From positions 22,458-86,457 of the IMG/VR virus record IMGVR_UViG_3300046355_000046: DNA of 64,000 nucleotides; one strand, written 5' to 3'. Below the pieces are notes generated by a model, which saw only the letters and a list, made by a program, of their open reading frames with translations, was not told where the DNA came from and made no database searches. Shown here in pieces: positions 55,192-61,960 of the stretch. Each line of letters starts with the position of its first letter. Position 1 is the stretch's first letter. A program made the translations under genes and the position numbers. The stretch is from a virus.

Positions 55192-55875
55192 CTAGTTCTC
55201 GTAATCTATAATACTTTGTCTTACTAAAGCTAAGTCGTTAGCTATTTCAAACTCATCAAACATTCCTCTTGGGGCTTTACATGTATTCTCACCATTATTA
55301 GATGTTTCAAATACATATCTGATGACTCCGTCTTTGTCTTTCTTAACTTTACCAAACAAAACTATAGAAAATAATCCTTCTAAGGTAAGCTTTTCATCAA
55401 CCATTTTACCAATAGTCTTAGCTTTAAATTTCTTTTTACCTTCCATATCTGTAGATTCTTCAGCATGGGTTAAGATAAAAACTAATAGATCATCTCTTAA
55501 ATCTTTAGGCATACGTGCAATACGTGCTAGGTTGGCACCGATCTGGGTAAACTTCTCGTAACCCTTTTCGTCTACTCTTTCAAAGAACTCAAATGAGCTC
55601 ATATACTGAAAGTCATCAATAACTAAGTTCTTGATTTCTTTACGTTTTTCTGAAACATACTTAACGCATGCTTCTATCTGTTGTGATGAGCTAGCAGAGT
55701 ATAGATTACCTGTAGGGTTTTCTTTACTCCATAGTACATACTTCTTTCTCCAACCTTTAAATGGTAGAGCTTTATTAGCAACGTTAATAATAAACGTTTC
55801 TGCTGGATCTAGACTTTCAATAGATGTTGATTTACCAGAACCAGACTCTGCAATAATTAAAATACCTTGTGCCAT
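55192..55875 (-). CDS. AAA_24/Sak4-like ATPase
   Basis: AESGSGKSTS Walker A, LVIDDFQY Walker B, KTIGKMVD, CKAPRGMF. Confidence 0.85.
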   Translation of the reverse strand: MAQGILIIAESGSGKSTSIESLDPAETFIINVANKALPFKGWRKKYVLWSKENPTGNLYSASSSQQIEACVKYVSEKRKEIKNLVIDDFQYMSSFEFFERVDEKGYEKFTQIGANLARIARMPKDLRDDLLVFILTHAEESTDMEGKKKFKAKTIGKMVDEKLTLEGLFSIVLFGKVKKDKDGVIRYVFETSNNGENTCKAPRGMFDEFEIANDLALVRQSIIDYEN

Positions 55876-55878
55876 GTG

Positions 55879-56457
55879 TTATTTTGTAGATTTGATTAAT
55901 TCATTTAGCCATGTTTTAGAACTTACTGGCTTACCTGTTTGGATAGCATAGTAATCTCTAATAGTCATTTCACTATAAGGAGCGTCTTCCATTGTAGCAG
56001 GGGCTTTGTAAGCTTGCATTGGAGGCTTAGGTAAAGAAGATGGTAATAGTTCTTCTTCTTGTAGACCAAAGCTTGCTGTTTTCTTAATAGCTACTGATGT
56101 AGGATTGACGACCCTTAGCTCTTCTAGAGGAACTAGGTAAGAACCCTTTTCATTAAGCTCATACTCTTCTTCAAAAGCTGAACTAAATGGTACTCTGTAA
56201 ACCTTACGTTCTGTATCTGCAGGACTTAGATCTCTAGTAATCAGCTCAAAGAAGAAACCTTTATCTTTTCTAAACTCTGAAGAAAAGATACCAACTACCA
56301 TTCTACCATGCTTGTCATAGAACGGCATCTTCATGTTGAAATCTGTACGTGAGATACCTAAGTCATCAATAAGATCTTGATGAAAATCTCTGATGGTTTC
56401 AAGCTTAAGCTTCTTAAGTTCTTTCACATCTGTTACTTGTGGTGTGTTACTTGTCAT
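55879..56457 (-). CDS. Hypothetical protein with C-terminal MTIRDYYAI motif
   Basis: 192-aa ORF in the replication operon. Confidence 0.72.
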   Translation of the reverse strand: MTSNTPQVTDVKELKKLKLETIRDFHQDLIDDLGISRTDFNMKMPFYDKHGRMVVGIFSSEFRKDKGFFFELITRDLSPADTERKVYRVPFSSAFEEEYELNEKGSYLVPLEELRVVNPTSVAIKKTASFGLQEEELLPSSLPKPPMQAYKAPATMEDAPYSEMTIRDYYAIQTGKPVSSKTWLNELIKSTK

Positions 56458-56472
56458 ACTGTGTGTTTTTGT

Positions 56473-57528
56473 TTATAATTCCTGGCCAACATCAGCCGAA
56501 GGTGCTTGTCTGTTATTTCTAGGTCCTCTAGGTGCCCATGTTTGAGGCTGTTGTTGTATCATTGGTGGAGGACCTGACTCAATCATACGTTGTCTTTTAA
56601 AGTCAGTCTGTAAGAAAATGATATTCTCATCTGTAGCACCATTACGTAGCTTTAACAAATGCAAGAATACGTTTTCTTTATCTGCTCTATAGTGTTCTGG
56701 TCCATAGTCTTCTATGTTCAGTGTAAACGGTCTACTAATAGCAAAGACTAAGTCTGAGCCTTGCATAAGAGCGTCACCACCAAATATATCTGATGAACTA
56801 GGATAATTAGCAATGGTACCTGGAGTTCTGCGTGATACATCTTCCATGGTACGGTTAAGCTGTGTTAGAATAATTACAATAACAGGCAGGTCACGCTTTA
56901 CATCAATAAGCATATCTGCTATATTGTATAAAGTCTGTAACTTTTCTCTCTCATCTGCGGCTTTTTTAACAAGCCAGCTATGGTCAATAGTTACAATCAT
57001 AGGTTTACCACCTAACTCATTGAAATAGTGATGAATAGCTTTCTTCATGTCTGCAGAAGTAAGAGGCTTTTTGATACGTATCCTTTGTATACCTAGCTTT
57101 TCTAATTCCTCTGCTTCTTTAAGATAGTTTTCCATTTGCTGATAAGCAAAGTCATCAAGCTGTTTCTTAGAAGATAACACTACGTTATAGTCCATAGCAA
57201 CTTGAGCAGCATATTCTCTAGCTGCATAGGATTCATCACCCATCTCAAATTGAAACTCCAAGATAGAAAAGTCTTGGTCAGGATTAAGTCTTTTAGACTC
57301 TCTAAGGATATGACTAATGAACATAGTCTTACCTGCAGCGGGACGAGCACCTATTGTAACTAGACTGCCCCACTCTATACCACCAATGGTTGCATTATTA
57401 ATAGCATCCCAAGGTGTTCTTAAGGACTTGATACGTCCTTTACGTCTATCATTAATGTATTTTAGACCTTTGCGTAATCCTTCAGCGTGCGTAATAGCAC
57501 CAAAGGGTCTTTCTGTATTCTGATCCAT
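56473..57528 (-). CDS. dnaB: DnaB-family replicative helicase (C-terminal RecA domain only)
   Basis: GARPAAGKT, F.FEM, TIDH, LTQLNR and KLRNG. Confidence 0.88.
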   Translation of the reverse strand: MDQNTERPFGAITHAEGLRKGLKYINDRRKGRIKSLRTPWDAINNATIGGIEWGSLVTIGARPAAGKTMFISHILRESKRLNPDQDFSILEFQFEMGDESYAAREYAAQVAMDYNVVLSSKKQLDDFAYQQMENYLKEAEELEKLGIQRIRIKKPLTSADMKKAIHHYFNELGGKPMIVTIDHSWLVKKAADEREKLQTLYNIADMLIDVKRDLPVIVIILTQLNRTMEDVSRRTPGTIANYPSSSDIFGGDALMQGSDLVFAISRPFTLNIEDYGPEHYRADKENVFLHLLKLRNGATDENIIFLQTDFKRQRMIESGPPPMIQQQPQTWAPRGPRNNRQAPSADVGQEL

Positions 57529-57540
57529 AAGGAGTTGGTA

Positions 57541-57765
57541 TTATAAACTAGGAAATGATTTACTTAGAACGTCTTTTACAATTGTATTAGCTTCACCATA
57601 TGCTTGCAACGATCCTCTTAAGGAAGCTACATTTTCAGCTTTAGCTACAATAGTTTCTAGTAAATCATAGTTAATAATACGTAGATCAGGTCTTGAAGGA
57701 TCTAGTGTAGGAAGAGAATCAAATATCTCTTTAATAACTTCTGGATTGTGGGGTTTGTTACTCAT
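57541..57765 (-). CDS. 74-aa hypothetical protein
   Basis: Start reassigned to ATG 57765 (MSNKPHNPE), downstream of the promoter. Confidence 0.65.
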   Translation of the reverse strand: MSNKPHNPEVIKEIFDSLPTLDPSRPDLRIINYDLLETIVAKAENVASLRGSLQAYGEANTIVKDVLSKSFPSL

Positions 57766-57786
57766 GTTGGGTTGTTTTATGTAGTT

Positions 57787-57817
57787 CAAATATAGGATAA
57801 GTTCTGTAAAAAACAAA
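57787..57817 (-). promoter_or_regulatory. Bacteroidota primary-sigma promoter
   Basis: Minus strand TTTG-N19-TATATTTG, upstream of the helicase operon. Confidence 0.72.
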
Positions 57818-57824
57818 ATTTTTC

Positions 57825-58451
57825 TTAGACTTTATCAGCAAACCAGTCTGCATTTTGCTGTTTATAATCATCTAATGCAGGTTTTAAAATGTCTGGGTTA
57901 TCTAATAGAAACTGACAGTGGTCTGCAAGCTCTGACTTAGTAGTCTTACTTACGTTATCTGTCTTTTGTATAAAATAACTACTGTTCATCATAAACTGAT
58001 AACCTTTCTTTTCTTTCTCAAAGATGTAGTAGTCAGTTGCCAGATGAACTAATGTCCAGTTAAACTGTGGGTAAGTCTTAAAGAATACAATAAACTTCTT
58101 TTTCAGTTCTTCTACTGATTGTCTAGCCATGGAACCTGATGGTAATGACTTAGCAGGGAAGAGTTCTCTATAGTAAGATATCTTTTCTAGAAACTTATCT
58201 CCTAGTACTTCTGTGGCTACCTTCTTTTTAGCTTTGATGAGGAAGGTTTCAAACTCATCTAGAATGATTAATGCTTTTTGTGTCAACTGACCCTGATCGT
58301 TAATATATCCCTTAGCTCTGCAAATGTTAGCTTCTGCTTCTGGATTAATAATTCCAGTAGGCTTTATTCTACTTCTGCAGCAATCAAGAAAGTAAATCTG
58401 GTTCGGGCTAGTGTTGTACTTGATTAGTGTAGTCCATAATTGGTGGCTCAT
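57825..58451 (-). CDS. Putative replication initiator / helicase-associated protein
   Basis: wHTH-like N-terminus and FP...PSG..AR / AT..Y / YFI.K region. Lies upstream of dnaB. Confidence 0.5.
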   Translation of the reverse strand: MSHQLWTTLIKYNTSPNQIYFLDCCRSRIKPTGIINPEAEANICRAKGYINDQGQLTQKALIILDEFETFLIKAKKKVATEVLGDKFLEKISYYRELFPAKSLPSGSMARQSVEELKKKFIVFFKTYPQFNWTLVHLATDYYIFEKEKKGYQFMMNSSYFIQKTDNVSKTTKSELADHCQFLLDNPDILKPALDDYKQQNADWFADKV

Positions 58452-58881
58452 GTTGTTCTTTGATATATTTGAGGATGGTGAAATACTTTAAACGAAATGG
58501 TTCATTAGTTTCTACTAAGTCTCTAAATGTGTTTACATTATGAATGACTGTAGTATGGTCTCTATTTCCTAAAAATTGACCAATGGTAGTTAAACTATAC
58601 TTCATAGTTCTAGCTAAATGACAGAATATAGAACGTAATTCTACAATATCTCTCTGCCTTAGTCTAGATTCTAAAGGTATAGCACCGTTATACTTAAATG
58701 GTAAGAAAGGTTCAAAGACCTTCTTTAAAGATTCTAAACTCATTATAGGAATATACGTATCTGATTGCACATTAGATCTACTAATTACAATTGGATAGTA
58801 TCCTAGTTTCTCATAAAAATGGTCTTTAAACTCTGTAATCAGCTTTTTTTCAAGCTTTTCTGCATAATTAGTTCCTTCCAT
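58408..58881 (-). CDS. DnaA C-terminal (domain IV) HTH protein
   Basis: R.R.IV..R.I..HL......SL..IG..LG.RDHTTVIH DnaA signature, with no AAA+ domain. Confidence 0.85.
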   Translation of the reverse strand: MEGTNYAEKLEKKLITEFKDHFYEKLGYYPIVISRSNVQSDTYIPIMSLESLKKVFEPFLPFKYNGAIPLESRLRQRDIVELRSIFCHLARTMKYSLTTIGQFLGNRDHTTVIHNVNTFRDLVETNEPFRLKYFTILKYIKEQHEPPIMDYTNQVQH

Positions 58882-58902
58882 AAGTTCTTCTGGTTTAATT
58901 CA

Positions 58903-58978
58903 CAAATCTAGGTTAATTCCTGAATATTTTGTATATTATAATGTAGGGATTATAGAATTTCTACACTTTAAATGTTTA
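58903..58978. promoter_or_regulatory. Divergent control region: leftward host-type -7 box, rightward phage-specific element (copy 3)
   Basis: Minus strand TAGATTTG at 58903-58910. Plus strand TTTTGTATATTATAATGTAG at 58927-58946 and TACAC-N7-GTTTA at 58962-58978. Confidence 0.65.
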
Positions 58979-58998
58979 TATATAAATAATTTATACCC

Positions 58999-59265
58999 AT
59001 GGCAAACACTTTTTATGCCCAAAAAGATGCTCTAGGATACCCAGTACCGGGTACTTTGATGAGTGTTGAAACTCCTTCTGCAGTTCCAGCTAATACTTTA
59101 GTTATTCCTGCAGCTGATACATTAACAAGTCCTGCTAATATTCGTAAGAATGGGATGAGATACTTTGTACGTAAAGATAAGAAAGGAAATATTATTCCTA
59201 ACTCATTGATTACTAGTATAAAGAAGCCATCTGGATTAGTTTATGAGTTTCAACCTGTACGATAA
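58999..59265 (+). CDS. Small protein with two internal repeats, possibly structural
   Basis: FYAQKDALGYPVPGTL and YFVRKDKKGNIIPNSL. Confidence 0.65.
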   Translation: MANTFYAQKDALGYPVPGTLMSVETPSAVPANTLVIPAADTLTSPANIRKNGMRYFVRKDKKGNIIPNSLITSIKKPSGLVYEFQPVR

Positions 59266-59549
59266 TGACTAGAGATAATCCATCTATAGCTACTCTTAAG
59301 GTGTGGATATTCCCATCCTTAGTATCACTTATTAGTTTACTTATTTGGAATGATGTAAACGAGATTAAAGCTGATGTTAAGTTACTAATGGCTCAGTCTA
59401 ATATAGATAAAACCCGTATTGATAACTTAGAAAGACAGATTTATAAGTCTAACGCTTTGGCCTTTCCTGGTGTACCAGTTAAAGATCAAGAGCCAAAACC
59501 AAATGAATATGCGGTTTTGGTAGATAACAGAACAAAATTTATAAGATGA
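59265..59549 (+). CDS. Single-TM coiled-coil protein (holin/antiholin candidate)
   Basis: WIFPSLVSLISLLIW TM segment, within the lysis cluster. Confidence 0.55.
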   Translation: MTRDNPSIATLKVWIFPSLVSLISLLIWNDVNEIKADVKLLMAQSNIDKTRIDNLERQIYKSNALAFPGVPVKDQEPKPNEYAVLVDNRTKFIR

Positions 59550-59788
59550 CATTTAAAGAATGGGTCATAGACTTATTTAAGGATGAACGTAAGTCCATCT
59601 CAATTAAACCCGTGATAGCTTTCATGGGTGCTCTTTTCTTATGTATTACCCTTACGGCTAACTCATTTAGCCATGGTGACATTAAACCTTCAGATGCTTT
59701 AGTAGAAGGAGTTATGTATATGACCATTGCAGCTATGCTTGGTGATACAGGAGATAAGTTCTCATTTAAAAAGAAAACCGATGAATAA
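59546..59788 (+). CDS. Holin-like protein (2 TM)
   Basis: Two hydrophobic helices and a charged C-terminus, upstream of the endolysin. Confidence 0.6.
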   Translation: MTFKEWVIDLFKDERKSISIKPVIAFMGALFLCITLTANSFSHGDIKPSDALVEGVMYMTIAAMLGDTGDKFSFKKKTDE

Positions 59789-60407
59789 AGTATATCTCTT
59801 TATTATAGGCGTACTAGTAGTCTTTGTTCTTTTACAGAACAAGGGTTGTGTAGGAGGAGGTAGTCATTCTACTTCAGATACACTAATAGTACATGATACT
59901 ACGTGGTCAGTTCACGATAGTTTAATTTATTCTAAACCTTTACCGGCTAAGACTATTCATGATAGTTTATTTATTGCAGGTAAAACTGAGTATCTAGCAG
60001 ATACTAATTATGCTGCTCTAAAGATACAGTTTGATAATCTAGTTAAGATGTACACTGCTTTAGCAATATATGTAGACAGTGTAAAACTAGATACTCTTGG
60101 TTACGTCTCTGTTACAGATTCTGTAAGAGAAAATAAAATTATAGGTAGAGCGTGGAAGTATAACTACAAGGTACCATTTGTTACTAAGACAGTAACAATT
60201 ACTAACCAGGCTCCGTCTAAAACTCAGTTGTATGTAGGTGGTGGCGTTAATACTACACAAACATTAGGGCTACATTCTGCAGAAGCAGGACTCATCCTAA
60301 AGACCAAAGGTGATAAGATCTACGGACTTAAAGCCGGATCAGATATTAACGGAAATATTTCTTATGGCTTCCAGACATACTGGAAGATTGGTAAAAAAAA
60401 TAAATAG
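59781..60407 (+). CDS. Membrane-anchored lysis accessory protein (spanin-like candidate)
   Basis: Start reassigned to ATG 59781. N-terminal TM followed by GC, HDT repeats and an amphipathic beta-strand C-terminus. Confidence 0.5.
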   Translation: MNKVYLFIIGVLVVFVLLQNKGCVGGGSHSTSDTLIVHDTTWSVHDSLIYSKPLPAKTIHDSLFIAGKTEYLADTNYAALKIQFDNLVKMYTALAIYVDSVKLDTLGYVSVTDSVRENKIIGRAWKYNYKVPFVTKTVTITNQAPSKTQLYVGGGVNTTQTLGLHSAEAGLILKTKGDKIYGLKAGSDINGNISYGFQTYWKIGKKNK

Positions 60408-60408
60408 T

Positions 60409-60537
60409 ATGAAGAAGATTATTGAATTAGTTAAGAAGTTCTTATTTGGTAGCACTGTACAGAAAGTTGTAGCAGCTGCAGAAATCAAAAAAGAAGTTAA
60501 GAAAGTAGCTAAAACTGCTACTAAGAAGAAGAAGTAA
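60409..60537 (+). CDS. 42-aa Lys-rich protein
   Basis: MKKIIELVKKFLFG...KKVAKTATKKKK lies between the spanin-like and endolysin genes. Confidence 0.6.
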   Translation: MKKIIELVKKFLFGSTVQKVVAAAEIKKEVKKVAKTATKKKK

Positions 60538-60550
60538 AACATTAACATAT

Positions 60551-61150
60551 ATGAACTTAGAAAAACTCAAAGGACACGTTCCGGATACTGTGATTGCACA
60601 AATTCCTAACGTAATGCAAAACTTTGGTGTTAATACACCATTACGATTAGCTCACTTTTTAGCTCAGTGTGGTCATGAGTCTGGCGGATTTAGATTAACT
60701 CAAGAAAACCTTAACTATTCAGCTAAGGGTCTTATGGGTATTTTTAAGAAATACTTTCCTACACAAGCTTTAGCTGATGCTTATGCTCGTAAACCAGAAA
60801 AGATTGCTAACCGTGTATACGGAAATCGTATGGGTAACGGGGCTGAAGCTACAGGAGAGGGGTTCAAGTTCCGTGGAAGAGGTTATATCCAGCTCACAGG
60901 TAAAAGCAATTATGCTGCATTTGATTTAGCTGTAGAAGATGATATCCTAGCTAATCCAGATTTAGTATCTACTAAACATGCATTAGCGTCTGCTGCTTGG
61001 TTCTGGAAAAAGAATGGTCTTAATCTTATTGCTGATACTGGATCTAGTGCTGAGGTAGTAACTAAAATCACTAAACGTGTTAATGGTGGTACTATCGGTT
61101 TGCCAGATCGTATTAAGCACTTTAAAGAGTATCACGCATTACTTGCATAA
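60551..61150 (+). CDS. Glycoside hydrolase family 19 endolysin
   Basis: AHFLAQCGHESGG..ENLNYS, FRGRGYIQLTGKSNY, SAAWFW, TKRVNGG..GL.DR. Confidence 0.93.
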   Translation: MNLEKLKGHVPDTVIAQIPNVMQNFGVNTPLRLAHFLAQCGHESGGFRLTQENLNYSAKGLMGIFKKYFPTQALADAYARKPEKIANRVYGNRMGNGAEATGEGFKFRGRGYIQLTGKSNYAAFDLAVEDDILANPDLVSTKHALASAAWFWKKNGLNLIADTGSSAEVVTKITKRVNGGTIGLPDRIKHFKEYHALLA

Positions 61151-61162
61151 AACTAAAACACT

Positions 61163-61288
61163 ATGGCTAAACCTAAAGTAGGTGAATCTAAAAAGATCAC
61201 TTTTGGTAAAAGAAAAACAGGACGTTTACGTAAAAGCAACGGACCTAAAGACAAACATGTTAAAAAATACAGAGGGCAGGGAAAATAA
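61163..61288 (+). CDS. 41-aa basic protein ending KKYRGQGK (not in the ORF track)
   Basis: MAKPKVGESKKITFGKRKTGRLRKSNGPKDKHVKKYRGQGK. The YRGQG C-terminus is recalled from small basic proteins of many aquatic phages. Confidence 0.8.
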   Translation: MAKPKVGESKKITFGKRKTGRLRKSNGPKDKHVKKYRGQGK

Positions 61289-61315
61289 AACTAAGCTCTC
61301 ACTAAATATTATACT

Positions 61316-61960
61316 ATGAGAGCATATGTAATCACCTATAGTCAAAAAGTTATTGATCTTATAGGTAAGATCTTTTTGGGTTTAGCATTTACATGGATCA
61401 TTTGTGCATTCTTGTTTCAAGGATACATGGTCTATTTGCATTTTGCTGGTAAAGAAGAGACTACAAGAAAGATAACTAACTGGTTTACTTGGACTTTTGA
61501 TGGTAATTTTAAAAACCATCCAGGTAATATCTGGTATGAGGAATCTAAGAAGATAGATATATCTGCTGTAACGAATAAAGTGGTAGTAGGTAGTCTTGCT
61601 GGTAACCGTAATCTAGAGTTTGGCGTCAAGAATATTCTAGAAGAAGTAATTCAAGAAAAAGAGTATGAGTTAGACAAGTCAGCTAATCTAAAGCTTTCTG
61701 TAGAAATCATATATCTAGATGTGTTAAAGACACAATCTAGTTTTTCTGTATTACATAATAACAAAGAATCAGTAGTAATACGCTTACGTGGTCAGCTATA
61801 TAAAGATGGTAAGCTTGAAAAGAAAATCATTGTAGAGGAATCTGCAGATGAGGTCTCTATGTCAGCTATTCTTGTAGACGAAGGGGGTAAATTTAACCAG
61901 CAAAACTTAAGTTCAGCTTTAAAAAAAGCATCTAACTCATTAGTAAACAAACTGTTATAA
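61316..61960 (+). CDS. Membrane-anchored periplasmic/surface protein
   Basis: N-terminal TM (IFLGLAFTWIICAFLF) and an alpha/beta domain ending in SALKKA..SLV.KL. Coupled to the next gene. Confidence 0.65.
   Translation: MRAYVITYSQKVIDLIGKIFLGLAFTWIICAFLFQGYMVYLHFAGKEETTRKITNWFTWTFDGNFKNHPGNIWYEESKKIDISAVTNKVVVGSLAGNRNLEFGVKNILEEVIQEKEYELDKSANLKLSVEIIYLDVLKTQSSFSVLHNNKESVVIRLRGQLYKDGKLEKKIIVEESADEVSMSAILVDEGGKFNQQNLSSALKKASNSLVNKLL

Noticed and set aside
40748-57528. Inteins or introns in RNR, PolB or helicase
   Set aside because: The proteins are compact with contiguous motifs and no splice-junction or homing-endonuclease inserts.
42374-60408. Long N-terminal extensions in the ORF track (nrdA from 42433, phosphoesterase from 45778, SPL from 46439, nuclease from 52789, and ORFs from 53176, 57816, 59727, 60310)
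   Set aside because: They overlap neighbouring genes or promoters. Downstream ATGs give abutting genes and family-typical N-termini.
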